Source: Gemmatimonadales bacterium (lineage in GTDB: Bacteria; Gemmatimonadota; Gemmatimonadetes; Gemmatimonadales; GWC2-71-9). Taken from it: a stretch of DNA of 49,912 bases. The notes below the pieces were generated by a model. It was not told where the DNA came from. It worked only from the letters and a program-made list of their open reading frames with translations, and ran no database searches. Below are positions 18,679 to 28,088 of the stretch, piece by piece; the stretch's first letter is position 1, and each line of letters begins with the position of its first letter. Made by a program: the position numbers and the translations under genes. The DNA is taken from positions 1 through 49,912 of the forward strand of contig JBBQFH010000024.1 in assembly GCA_038321865.1 (NCBI GenBank). Reading direction: 5' to 3'.

Positions 18679-19182
18679 ATGGCCCCGCCGAAGATTCTGC
18701 TGGACGAGGAAGAGGTCAAGAAGACGTACCTGCCGCCGGCCCCAGAGTTTGGGTGGCAGTTGATCGGAGTTCTCGGAGCCATTTTCGTGGTGCTCGGCCT
18801 GCTGGACATCTTGCTGGCCTGGTATCCGCTGATGTTCGGGAACCCGGAGTGGGAGTTCGGCACGGTTGCCTCGACTCTGGACAATCTTCCGGTCACTGTG
18901 CTTGGGTTCGGGCTCCTGCTGGGTGCCGCCGTTGCCCGTGGCCGAAGGAGCGCGGTCCGCGGCTGGTCGATTCTGTTCATCGTGCTCGCTGTGGTGATTC
19001 TGGCAATCGGCGTGCTCTACCTGCTCGATGTGCCGGTGGCATTCCGCACAGTGCAACAGCCGCTGTTGCGAACGGGGCTGAAGAAGGCGGTCGCGAAGGC
19101 GGTTGGCCAGATGGTGTTGTATCCGGCGGGATTTCTCGTGATGGGCGTCAAGGGGCTGAGGCATTCGAAGGTCACGCGGTAG
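18679..19182 (+). CDS. 4-TM membrane protein, HpsJ-like (exosortase/PEP-CTERM-associated), copy 1
   Basis: AGGAG RBS; four hydrophobic segments; WYPLMFGNPEWEFG motif recalls cyanobacterial HpsJ-like proteins; paralogous to 48706-49263. The gene is well supported, the family name is tentative. Confidence 0.65.
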   Translation: MAPPKILLDEEEVKKTYLPPAPEFGWQLIGVLGAIFVVLGLLDILLAWYPLMFGNPEWEFGTVASTLDNLPVTVLGFGLLLGAAVARGRRSAVRGWSILFIVLAVVILAIGVLYLLDVPVAFRTVQQPLLRTGLKKAVAKAVGQMVLYPAGFLVMGVKGLRHSKVTR

Positions 19183-19215
19183 CTGCCGCACCAAACTTGC
19201 ATTCGGGGAACGAGT

Positions 19216-19869
19216 ATGATGAAAAAGGCACTGTTTCGAGTGGGCGGCGCCGCCGCGCTTCTGGCCGGTATGGCCACGAGCGGGTACGCGCTTGTGTTGC
19301 CGCTCACCTATCAGCAGGTCTGCGGCGGCTCGTCGTTCCAGACCTGCGCATCGGTAGGGCTGTCATTCAACGCGGCCAACACCACGGCGACGATCACCAT
19401 TCGTAATCTTGGCCCGGGCGTGTTCACCTCCTTCGGCTTTACCCATATGCCGAGTGGTGTGACGGTGACGAGCTCGACGATCGATGCCGCGCTGACGGGT
19501 CGTTTCGCGCAGGGCACCGCCAATGACATTCAGGCGATCGGATTCGAGGCGGGCAACCCGTCGCCGCAGAACGGCCTCCAGGTGAACGAGGGTACGGCGG
19601 CAGGCTTTACGTTCACGATGACCTTCAGCCGCGCGCTGACCACCGAGGAACTCGCGGCGCTGGATTTCTCAATCCATGCGCAGGCTGGGCCGGGCGGTTG
19701 CTCGACCAAGCTGATCATCGCGCCAAATGGCACGGTGAACGCGGGACCGTACGACGCAAACTGCTCGACTTCCACCGTTCCCGAGCCGATGACCATGTCG
19801 CTGCTGGCGACTGGCCTGGCCGGTATGGGCGGCCTGGGTGCGTTCAAGCGCCGTCGCAAGGTTGCCTGA
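19216..19869 (+). CDS. PEP-CTERM sorting-domain surface protein
   Basis: Signal peptide, Thr/Gly/Asn-rich body with 4 Cys, C-terminal VPEPMTMSLLATGLAGMGGLGAFKRRRK (PEP, TM, basic tail). Confidence 0.95.
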   Translation: MMKKALFRVGGAAALLAGMATSGYALVLPLTYQQVCGGSSFQTCASVGLSFNAANTTATITIRNLGPGVFTSFGFTHMPSGVTVTSSTIDAALTGRFAQGTANDIQAIGFEAGNPSPQNGLQVNEGTAAGFTFTMTFSRALTTEELAALDFSIHAQAGPGGCSTKLIIAPNGTVNAGPYDANCSTSTVPEPMTMSLLATGLAGMGGLGAFKRRRKVA

Positions 19870-19898
19870 ACCAACCGCATCACGCAGTGGCAGTAAAT

Positions 19899-19932
19899 AA
19901 GCGCCCCGGCTTCGGCCGGGGCGCTTTTCTTT
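19899..19932 (+). terminator. Intrinsic terminator, probably bidirectional
   Basis: 12-bp stem AAGCGCCCCGGC/GCCGGGGCGCTT, TTCG loop, T-rich tail, A-rich 5' side, between convergent genes. Confidence 0.9.
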
Positions 19933-19952
19933 GTCACATCCGCGACGGATCC

Positions 19953-20894
19953 CTAGCCGTTGAACCACTCCCAGGTTCGCGCCAACCCGGTCTCCAGCGA
20001 CACCGACGGCCGGTACCCCAGCACGCGCTCCGCCCGCTCCAGGCTGGCCAGCGAGTCCCGCACGTCGCCGGCGCGGGGCGGGGCATGCCGGCGCGCCACC
20101 GGGCGCCCGGCCACCTTCTCGACCAGGCCGAGCAGCGTGTTGAGCGAGGTCCGGCCGCCGGCGCCGCAGTTGGCCACCCAGCCGTTGACCTTTTCTGCTG
20201 GCCCGAACCCTGCAAGGCGGTTCGCGGCCACCACGTTGTCCACGTAGGTGAAGTCGCGCGTCTGCTCGCCGTCGCCGTGGATCTCGGCCACGCCACCGGT
20301 CCGTGCCGCCTCCAGAAACGCCGGAATCACCGCGGCGTAGGCGCTGTGCGGGCTCTGTCTCGGCCCGAAGACGTTGAAGTACCGGAGCGCCACGCCCTCG
20401 AGCAGCCCCGCGCGGGCAAAGGCGAGCACGTACTGCTCGCCCGCCAGCTTGGCCGTGGCGTAGGGCGAGCGGCAGAGCGGCTCGGAGGTCTCGACCTTGG
20501 GCAGTGTCGGAGTGTCGCCGTACACTGAGCTCGAGCCCGAGTAGACGACGCGCCGGGCGCCGGCCCGCCTGGCGGCCTCGAGCAGCCGCATGGTGCCGTT
20601 CACGTTGTGGTCGTGCGAGGCCCACGGATCGGCGATCGAGCGCGGCACGCTGGGCAGCGCCGCCAGGTGGAAGATCAGCTCGACGCCCGCCGTTGCCCGG
20701 TCGCACGCCGCCGCATCCCGGAGATCGGCTTCCTGGAAGTCGATGGCGCCGCTGACCTCGGCCAGATTGGCGGCGGAGCCGGTGGAGAGGTTGTCGATCA
20801 CGCGCACCGTATGCCCGTCCGCCAGAAGCGCGCGCACCAGGTGCGAGCCGATGAACCCGGCGCCGCCGGTCACGAGACAGGATGAGGAAGTCAT
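19953..20894 (-). CDS. NAD-dependent epimerase/dehydratase (WbpP/GalE-like UDP-sugar 4-epimerase)
   Basis: TGGAGFIG, HLAALPSVPRS, SSSVYG, YATAK (YxxxK), RYFNVFGPRQ, GDGEQTRDF. Confidence 0.92.
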   Translation of the reverse strand: MTSSSCLVTGGAGFIGSHLVRALLADGHTVRVIDNLSTGSAANLAEVSGAIDFQEADLRDAAACDRATAGVELIFHLAALPSVPRSIADPWASHDHNVNGTMRLLEAARRAGARRVVYSGSSSVYGDTPTLPKVETSEPLCRSPYATAKLAGEQYVLAFARAGLLEGVALRYFNVFGPRQSPHSAYAAVIPAFLEAARTGGVAEIHGDGEQTRDFTYVDNVVAANRLAGFGPAEKVNGWVANCGAGGRTSLNTLLGLVEKVAGRPVARRHAPPRAGDVRDSLASLERAERVLGYRPSVSLETGLARTWEWFNG

Positions 20895-20930
20895 GGTCGT
20901 AAGATACTACGCCGGTTAGCTTATCTGCCC

Positions 20931-21818
20931 ATGTTGCCGGCCGATGCGCCTCCCCATTTCTTCACCGTCGACGTGGAGGAATACTTTCACGTCTCCGCCT
21001 TCAGCGCCCTGGTGCCGCGCGAGCAGTGGGACACCCTCCCGAGCCGGGTCGAGGCCAGCACCGACGTGATCCTCGACCTGCTCGCGCGCCACGATACGCT
21101 CGGCACCTTCTTCACCGTGGGGTGGGTGGCGCGAAAGTATCCGGCCTTCGTGCGCCGGATCGCGGACCTCGGACACGAGGTCGCCTCGCACACCTATTGG
21201 CATCGCAAGGTGAGCGGCCTGACGCCGGAGGAGTTCCGCACCGACGTGCGCGAGTGCAAGGCCGCGCTCGAGGATGCGACGGGCCGCCCGGTCTGGGGCT
21301 TCCGCGCGCCCAGCTTCTCGATCCGTCCCGGCGGCGAGTGGGCGTTCGACGTGCTGCTGGAGGAGGGGCACCGCTACGACTCGAGTCTCTTTCCGATTCA
21401 TCGCCCCGACTACGGCTACCCGTCGGCCCCGCCGCATCCGCACCTGATCACCCGTCCCTCAGGCACCCTGCTAGAGCTGCCCCTGGCCACGACCACGCTC
21501 GGCCCCGCGCGCCTTCCCGCCGCCGGCGGCGGCTACCTGCGGCACTTTCCCTTCGCCCTCATCCGGCGCGCCTTTCGCGAGCACGGCGAGCGCGGAATTC
21601 CGGGGATGTTCTACGTCCATCCCTGGGAGATCGATCCGGCCCAGCCCCGGCTGCCGGCCCCCTGGCTCACGCGGGTACGCCACTATCGCGGCCTCGGCCG
21701 GACCCTTCCGCGGCTGGAGCGCCTGCTGGGCGAGTTCCGCTTCACCTCGGTGGCAGACTACTTCGATTTTGCGACCCGTTCGGCGTCCGACCCGTGGCCC
21801 GCGGTGGTGACCGCATGA
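20931..21818 (+). CDS. Polysaccharide deacetylase, exosortase A/PEP-CTERM locus type (DUF3473)
   Basis: TVDVEEYFH, GHEVASH, GFRAPSFSI, YDSS, AGGGYLR, FYVHPWEIDP. Confidence 0.92.
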   Translation: MLPADAPPHFFTVDVEEYFHVSAFSALVPREQWDTLPSRVEASTDVILDLLARHDTLGTFFTVGWVARKYPAFVRRIADLGHEVASHTYWHRKVSGLTPEEFRTDVRECKAALEDATGRPVWGFRAPSFSIRPGGEWAFDVLLEEGHRYDSSLFPIHRPDYGYPSAPPHPHLITRPSGTLLELPLATTTLGPARLPAAGGGYLRHFPFALIRRAFREHGERGIPGMFYVHPWEIDPAQPRLPAPWLTRVRHYRGLGRTLPRLERLLGEFRFTSVADYFDFATRSASDPWPAVVTA

Positions 21819-22849
21819 CGCTCTCCGTCGAGCGGTATGCCGGTGATGGCGCCGGCTGGGATGCGTTCGGCCGGGAACAGGCGGGATGGACGCACTATCA
21901 CCGCTGGGGCTGGAAGCCGCTGATCGCCGAGGTGTACGGACACGCCTGTCCCTATCTTGCCGCGCGCGATGGATCGGGCGCCCTCGCCGGGATACTGCCG
22001 CTGGTGCAGGTCCGGAGCCTGGCGTTCGGCCGCTACGTCGTCTCCATGCCATTTCTCAACTACGGCGGGCCCCTCGGAACGCCGGACGCGGTCCGGCTGC
22101 TGACGTCCAAGGCGGTGCGGATCGCGGATGGGGACCGCGCGAAGCTGCTGGAGCTCCGGAGCGCGATCGAGCTGCCGGTGGAGCTGCCGGTGTCGCATCG
22201 AAAGATCACGGTGGTCCTTCCGCTGCCGGAGAGCCGCGACCCCGAGGCGGTGTGGAAGGGGCTGGGGACCAAGTTGCGGGCCCAGGTGAAGCGGCCGCAG
22301 AAGGAAGGGATCACGGTCAGCTACGGACCGGACCAGGTGGATCCCTTTTTCGAGATCTTCGCGCGTCACATGCGGGATCTGGGCACGCCGACCCAGCCCC
22401 GCGCCCTCTTCCGTGCGATCGCCGAGCGGTTCGGGCAGGATGTCTGGTTCGGCTGCGCCTATCTCGGCGAGCGGCCGATCGCGGCCGGCTGCGGTTTTCG
22501 GTGGGGTACCGAGTTCGAGATGACGTGGGCCTCCGCGCTGGGCGAGTTCAACCGGATCGCGCCCAACATGGCGCTCTACTGGTCGTTCATCGAGCGGGCG
22601 ACGCGTGAAGGAGTCACCCGGTTCAACTTCGGCCGCTGCACTCCCGACGGCGGCACCCATCGCTTCAAGCGCCAGTGGGGCGCGCTGGACGAGCCCCTCT
22701 GGTGGTACCAGCATGTGCCCGGCGGTGGCCAAGCGGCGACCCCGTCGCCCGACGATGGCGCCTACGCCTGGGGTCCGCGAATCTGGAAGAAGCTGCCGCT
22801 CGCGCTCGCGACCGCCCTGGGGCCGAGGGTGGTGCGGGGGATTCCATGA
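21815..22849 (+). CDS. FemAB-family protein, PEP-CTERM system-associated
   Basis: SMPFLNYGG, MRDLGTP, APNMALYW, FNFGRCT, FKRQWGA. ATGA overlap. Confidence 0.92.
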   Translation: MTLSVERYAGDGAGWDAFGREQAGWTHYHRWGWKPLIAEVYGHACPYLAARDGSGALAGILPLVQVRSLAFGRYVVSMPFLNYGGPLGTPDAVRLLTSKAVRIADGDRAKLLELRSAIELPVELPVSHRKITVVLPLPESRDPEAVWKGLGTKLRAQVKRPQKEGITVSYGPDQVDPFFEIFARHMRDLGTPTQPRALFRAIAERFGQDVWFGCAYLGERPIAAGCGFRWGTEFEMTWASALGEFNRIAPNMALYWSFIERATREGVTRFNFGRCTPDGGTHRFKRQWGALDEPLWWYQHVPGGGQAATPSPDDGAYAWGPRIWKKLPLALATALGPRVVRGIP

Positions 22850-24072
22850 AGCGGCCGCGGATCAACTTGCGGCGGCAGCTGCCGGTGTATTCGCCGTTGG
22901 GGATGGGCTCGATCGTATCCGGGCTGCGCTCCGCGCTGGCGGGCTCGTCGGCGGTCCACGATCTGGCTCGCCGGCTCGACGAGCGCTACTCCCCGCATGA
23001 TCTGACGCTCACGGACAGCGGGACCTCGGCGCTGGCCCTTGCGATCCGTGCCGCCGGCGGCCCGGTCGCGCTCCCCGCCTTCTGCTGCTACGACGTCGCC
23101 ACCGCCTGCGACCAGGCCGGTGCCCAGCCGATCCTGTACGATCTCAATCCGTACACCCTTGCGCCCGACCGCGCCTCGCTCAGCCGGGCGATTGTCGCCG
23201 GGGCGCGCTCGGTCGTCGCCGTGCATCTGTACGGAGTGCCGGTTTCGATGCGTGCGCTGCGCGTCGTTACCGACGCCGCGGGAGTGGTGCTGATCGAGGA
23301 CGCCGCGCAGGGTACTGGCGCGTGGCTTGGGGGGCACCGTGTCGGGACGATGGGGGCATTCGGGATACTGAGCTTCGGGCGTGGGAAGGGTGTCACCGGT
23401 GGCGGTGGCGGTGCGCTGCTCGCCGACGATGCGACATCGGCGGCGCAGGTCGAGGCTCTGGAGGTGCTGGAGGCCCCGCTGGCCGAGGGCCGGCTTCCGG
23501 CGCGCGACTTCGTGGCGACGGTCGCGCAGTGGGCACTGGCTCGTCCGGCGATCTACAACGTGCCCGCCTCGCTGCCGTTCCTGGGGTTGGGGAACACCGT
23601 CTACCACGCGCCGTGGGCGCCCGCCGGGATGTCGGCCTTCTCCGCCGGTGTGCTTACGGCATCGCTCCATCTGGAGGACCGCGAGGCGGAAATTCGCCGT
23701 CGCAACGCGGCCAAGCTGACGAAGCTGCTGGAGAGGCGGGGAAAGAAGCTCCGGGTGATCCGGTCGGAAGATCCGTCCGCGCGGCCGGGGTATCTGAGGT
23801 TGCCGGTGCTGGTGGATGATGATCAGCTGTTGGAGCGGCTCCGATCGAAGGTCGCGGTGCGCCTTGGCGTGTTGCCGAGCTATCCGGTGAGTCTGGCGGA
23901 TCTGCCGGGCTTTCGGGAGCGGGTGGTCGACTCAGCGGATGATTTCGCGGGGGCGAGGCGGCTGGCGCAGAGGTTGGTGACGATGGCGGTCCATAGCCGA
24001 GTGCGTGACGGCGGCGTCGAGCAGCTACGGCGGCTCATCGGCGATTCCAACCGAATGCCGACGGGCGATTAG
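22846..24072 (+). CDS. DegT/DnrJ/EryC1/StrS-family aminotransferase
   Basis: SGTSAL, VHLYG, IEDAAQG, SFGRGK (PLP lysine), GGGG. ATGA overlap. Confidence 0.85.
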   Translation: MKRPRINLRRQLPVYSPLGMGSIVSGLRSALAGSSAVHDLARRLDERYSPHDLTLTDSGTSALALAIRAAGGPVALPAFCCYDVATACDQAGAQPILYDLNPYTLAPDRASLSRAIVAGARSVVAVHLYGVPVSMRALRVVTDAAGVVLIEDAAQGTGAWLGGHRVGTMGAFGILSFGRGKGVTGGGGGALLADDATSAAQVEALEVLEAPLAEGRLPARDFVATVAQWALARPAIYNVPASLPFLGLGNTVYHAPWAPAGMSAFSAGVLTASLHLEDREAEIRRRNAAKLTKLLERRGKKLRVIRSEDPSARPGYLRLPVLVDDDQLLERLRSKVAVRLGVLPSYPVSLADLPGFRERVVDSADDFAGARRLAQRLVTMAVHSRVRDGGVEQLRRLIGDSNRMPTGD

Positions 24073-24074
24073 TC

Positions 24075-25730
24075 ATGGAGCAGCGGACTCTTGCCGGGTT
24101 GTTGGCCGTCGTGCGGCGAGTGCTCCGTGTTGGTTATTACTTTGCACGGCGGCTGACTCGTCCCATCAGGCGACGCGTTTTCGCTGGCGCTCTCTCGGGG
24201 CTTTCGCTAGGCGTGACGGCGAGCGACCGGATGGGCTATGACGACGACGCTATTCGTTGCCTCGACGCCTTGGCGAACAGCCTCGATCTGGAGCTCACTG
24301 CCGGTCGTGAGGATCCCGAGTTCCTCCATGACATGCTTCGTCTTCGGGGTGCCGCACCCCTCGCAGCAGCGCTCCATGCCGTACAGCGCTCGGAGGAATC
24401 AAGATCCCGACTGGGGGCTGTGCTCCGTGGGGCTGCGGCGGGAGTGATGTGGCGCCCCGAGGTTGGTTGGGATGTGACGACCGCCGCCTTGAGGCTGATG
24501 TCGCTGCTATCCGCCGCTGAGACACTGCGGCGCGCCGGACTTGCACTTCCTGAGTGGAACACCTGGCTTCGACGATTTGTCGTGAGGCATCGGCCCGTGC
24601 TGCTCTGGGGAAGACTGTGCGAGCCCGCGGGAAACCATCGATTGATCAATACTGTTGGGCATGCAGCATATCATTTCCTGCTCCATGACACCCGCCTGCC
24701 GCACTCCCTCATCCGACGATTGAGCTCCGAAATCAAGCGTCAGTTTCTGGCCGATGGCGGTCATACTGAGAGGTGTCCGCACTATCACCTTCAGGCACTT
24801 GTGCTGATCAATTCGATCGCCGCCGCCGACCGGGAGAGGGGCGGCTCATGCATTGGGCCAAATCATGAAGTAGTTGAAAGAGCGACCGCCGCGCTGCGGA
24901 TAATGACCACGCCGGATGGGCAACTCCTACGATTCGGCGACGCGGGGCGTACCTTCTCGGGTAAGCAGGTCTCGGTTGAGCTTGGTGAGCTGATGGGCCC
25001 GCTCCCCGCTTCGGCCGCTGGAGTCCTTCCGAATTTTGGCATCGGCTGCCGGAAGTGGATCGCCAATGAACGTCAGATGGCGCTGTATGTCGACTTCGGC
25101 CCTCACGGGCATCGCGACAATCCCGGACACGCGCACGCAGATGCGCTCTCATATTGCGTGTTTTGCGACGGCGTGGCAATCATCACCGACCCCGGCACAT
25201 TCGTCTATGCAAGCACGTCCGAGTCGATCTGGTTCAAACTGCCCGAGGCGCATAATACCGTCCATTGGCCGGGCAACCCAGCGTATCGTATCTCCGGCTT
25301 TTTCCACTGGCGTCGCTTCCCTTCCGCCCCGCTGGTCACGGAGTTGGGCGACGGCGAGGCGTCCTGGAGCGCGCTTCATAGGTGGCGCTCGGCAGGGCTA
25401 CGGTATGAACATGTACGTGCGTGGTGTGCGTCATCGACTGGGCTTTCGATTCGTGACGTGCTCTCCTCGGAATCGGGGGAGCCCGCGCGACTCACGATAG
25501 GTTTTGGACCCGGGGCGCTGCCCGAGCTTCTTCCAGATGGAACGGTAGCGCTTCAAGCATTCCGCGTCGGGGTGGCAGTTGAGGCGGATGCCGGCGTGTT
25601 GCCTTGCGAGATTCGGGCGACGCCCTACGCGCACGGGTACGGGCGGTTGACTTCGGTATCCACGGGTGTGTGGCATGTGGCGAGCACGCCGGCAGGAACG
25701 GTGGTTGCCACGACGCTACGAGTGGAGTAG
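24075..25730 (+). CDS. Heparinase II/III-family protein
   Basis: GNH, QFLADGGHTERCPHYH, FGD, GHAHADALS, DPGTFVY, AHNT. Confidence 0.85.
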   Translation: MEQRTLAGLLAVVRRVLRVGYYFARRLTRPIRRRVFAGALSGLSLGVTASDRMGYDDDAIRCLDALANSLDLELTAGREDPEFLHDMLRLRGAAPLAAALHAVQRSEESRSRLGAVLRGAAAGVMWRPEVGWDVTTAALRLMSLLSAAETLRRAGLALPEWNTWLRRFVVRHRPVLLWGRLCEPAGNHRLINTVGHAAYHFLLHDTRLPHSLIRRLSSEIKRQFLADGGHTERCPHYHLQALVLINSIAAADRERGGSCIGPNHEVVERATAALRIMTTPDGQLLRFGDAGRTFSGKQVSVELGELMGPLPASAAGVLPNFGIGCRKWIANERQMALYVDFGPHGHRDNPGHAHADALSYCVFCDGVAIITDPGTFVYASTSESIWFKLPEAHNTVHWPGNPAYRISGFFHWRRFPSAPLVTELGDGEASWSALHRWRSAGLRYEHVRAWCASSTGLSIRDVLSSESGEPARLTIGFGPGALPELLPDGTVALQAFRVGVAVEADAGVLPCEIRATPYAHGYGRLTSVSTGVWHVASTPAGTVVATTLRVE

Positions 25731-25732
25731 CG

Positions 25733-26749
25733 ATGGCCGGTGCCGTATTTCTGACCTGGAATGATTCCCAGCGGTCGCGGTCCCTCTGCCGTGTTGTTGG
25801 TCTCGAGCGGGTGCTGCTCGTCGCGGGCTCGTCAGGAATGCGGAGACATGTGGGCGGCCTTGTTGGCACCGCGTTCGCCCTGGCTAGGCGCCGGCCCGAT
25901 TTGATCTGGTACCAATTCTCTCTCGCACTCGGCATACTGCTGGCGGCCTACAGGGCGCTCGGAGGAGGTTCGGTCCGTCTTGTCGCCGATGTCCATACGA
26001 AAGCCCTACGGCGATCGGGTCCTCGCTTGCTTCGCCCGCTTATTCTGCCGCTGAAGCGGTGGGCGCTGCGGTCTGCGCAAGTTGTCATTGTCTCCAATGA
26101 CGAGAATGCGCGGTTTGCGGATGCGGTGTTCGGAACCGAATCGTTGGTGCTTCCCGATCCGCTCCCGACTCCGGTCGGAACTCGGATTGACAGTGCCGCC
26201 GCTCACGCAGTCATATTTGTATGTTCGTTTGCGCTTGATGAGCCGCTTCAGTTAATTGCTGACGCCGCGCGGAAACTCGCGGGCCGCTACGCCATCTGGG
26301 TCACGGGCGATCCGACCAAGCTTCCGGCCGTCACGCGGGCCGCGCTGGACTCAGCCACACGACTCACCGGGTTCTTGCCCGGCCGAGCGTACTGGGCTGC
26401 ATTGCGCTCCGCTCGATGTGTAGCCGTCCTTTCCAGCGATCCGGCGTGTCTGCCGTGCGGAGCCTATGAGGCGATTTGCGTTGGTAAGCGACCAATCCTG
26501 GCAGATGATGGCGTCGCCAGGGCCATTTTCGGAGACGGCGCCATCTATACGCCGTTGACCGTCGACGGGGTGACTGCCGCCGTCGAGGAGGCCGCAACGG
26601 GAGCGGTCGGCGCCGTTCAGTACTATGAGCTGCGGTGGACCCGGTGGTGGGCGGAGGTCAGCTCCACACTCCGAAGCCTCGATGTATTGCCGGATTTATC
26701 GCCAGCTTTGCCCGCGCCAGCACAGATCGCACCCAGCCCCACGGCATAA
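25733..26749 (+). CDS. Glycosyltransferase (GT-B / GT4-like)
   Basis: W...RS N-terminus, DVHT, LPDPLP, SFALDEP, LTGFL, CGAYEA. Start 2 nt after the previous stop. Confidence 0.75.
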   Translation: MAGAVFLTWNDSQRSRSLCRVVGLERVLLVAGSSGMRRHVGGLVGTAFALARRRPDLIWYQFSLALGILLAAYRALGGGSVRLVADVHTKALRRSGPRLLRPLILPLKRWALRSAQVVIVSNDENARFADAVFGTESLVLPDPLPTPVGTRIDSAAAHAVIFVCSFALDEPLQLIADAARKLAGRYAIWVTGDPTKLPAVTRAALDSATRLTGFLPGRAYWAALRSARCVAVLSSDPACLPCGAYEAICVGKRPILADDGVARAIFGDGAIYTPLTVDGVTAAVEEAATGAVGAVQYYELRWTRWWAEVSSTLRSLDVLPDLSPALPAPAQIAPSPTA

Positions 26750-26811
26750 CCACGTACAATGACCCGGTCTCGCGAAGCGCGGCGGGCGCTAATACCCATC
26801 GAGGGATGTGA

Positions 26812-27657
26812 ATGACCACCTTTTCACAGCGCATTTCCGGAGCGGCATCCGTTTGGGCGCAGGGCATCGCCATTGGCTTCGCCACCGTCCGTTCCGAGCA
26901 GGTACTTGGCCTGAAACGGCTGCTGCTTCCGGCGAGCTACTGGCGAACCGCTGAATTTGCCTATGTGATCAGACAGATCGGAGCATCAGGCACGCTCCTG
27001 GATCTCGGAAGCCCGAAGGACTTGGCGGGGATGCTCGCGCGCCGCGGATTCGCGGTCACGGCGACGGACATCCTTCCCTCGGCGGTCGAGCTCAGCCATC
27101 GCTTCGCCGTGGCTCAGGGTCGGGCCGGCTCCGGCGCGGGTCGTGTGCATTCGGAAGTACAGGATGGCCGGGCACTCGCATATTCGAGTGATTCGTTTGA
27201 TGCTGCATACTCGGTATCCGTGCTCGAGCACATACCCGACGATGGGGACTCACGAGCGATCGCGGAGCTTGTGCGTGTTGTGCGTCCCGGCGGGCGCATC
27301 GTATTGACCGTTCCGTACGATCGTGCCTACCGGGAAACCTTCGTGCCTCAGGATGTTTATGAGCGGGCGTCGAACGACGGGCGGCCGGTTTTCTTTGAGC
27401 GGCATTACGATGCGAGCACCCTGCGTTCGCGCTTGCTTTCAGTCGCCGGCGTTTCCTGTGTTGACATCGAGGTGTGGGGGGAGGGGGCTGTGCCGGGCCA
27501 GCGTCTGTTGTCTGGACTTGGTCCGCTTCGAACCTTGTTCTCGCCGTTGGAGGCACCGTTGGCGGCGATCTGCCTGAAGCCTGTCAGCCCGTCCGGTCAT
27601 CCGATGGCCGCCTTTGTTACGCTTCGGAAGGATTTGGCGCACTCCAAGATGGCGTAG
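26812..27657 (+). CDS. Class I SAM-dependent methyltransferase
   Basis: LLDLGS, DGRALAY, SFDAAYSVSVLEHI, RVVRPGG. Confidence 0.85.
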   Translation: MTTFSQRISGAASVWAQGIAIGFATVRSEQVLGLKRLLLPASYWRTAEFAYVIRQIGASGTLLDLGSPKDLAGMLARRGFAVTATDILPSAVELSHRFAVAQGRAGSGAGRVHSEVQDGRALAYSSDSFDAAYSVSVLEHIPDDGDSRAIAELVRVVRPGGRIVLTVPYDRAYRETFVPQDVYERASNDGRPVFFERHYDASTLRSRLLSVAGVSCVDIEVWGEGAVPGQRLLSGLGPLRTLFSPLEAPLAAICLKPVSPSGHPMAAFVTLRKDLAHSKMA

Positions 27658-27902
27658 GCACGCCATTCCGAGTTTCAGGAGTGGCGCCAGCCATGCGACC
27701 TGGCTATGATTCTGGTTGGCGCAACTAGCCGTTCCACATTCTTGGGCGCAAATGTTCCCGCACGGTTCGGACGCTTTGGCGGTTCCCACCAGTGCACGTT
27801 TTTCCTTCAGCGACGATTCTGACGTACCTAGAAGCATTGTCGGCCGCAGGGCTCCGCATGTCATGATGCGAGTCTGTTGTGCCAGATGGTGTACAAGTTC
27901 GT

Positions 27903-27994
27903 CGCTGCTCAGAGCAAACCGGCCGAAAGGTCGGGGCGCAGAGCTTCGGGACTAACGCGGCACTAGCGCCGCTATGTCAGCCGGGCCGCCAGCG
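27903..27994 (+). ncRNA. GEMM-I (c-di-GMP-I family) riboswitch aptamer with A20, predicted 3',3'-cGAMP type; copy 1
   Basis: P1 CGCTG/CAGCG; GC-AAA-CC-GGCC-GAAA-GGTC-GG-GGC-GC (P2 with GNRA loop); P3 with TAA/ATG tetraloop receptor; 3' CAGCCGGG. Position 20 (three nt before AAACC) is A27913. Confidence 0.9.
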
Positions 27995-28036
27995 TTTCCG
28001 GATCCTTGCATTGGGACCGGCGCTGTCGGCCCTTTT
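27983..28036 (+). terminator. Riboswitch expression-platform terminator overlapping the aptamer 3' strand
   Basis: GGGCCGCCAGCG (27983-27994) pairs 11/12 with CGCTGTCGGCCC (28021-28032); inner stem CCGG(A)TCC/GGACCGG; then TTTT. Confidence 0.7.
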
Positions 28037-28088
28037 GCGTGTCCGCCTCCGCCGAAATCCATCCCTGACTGCAGAATGGGAGAAACTG

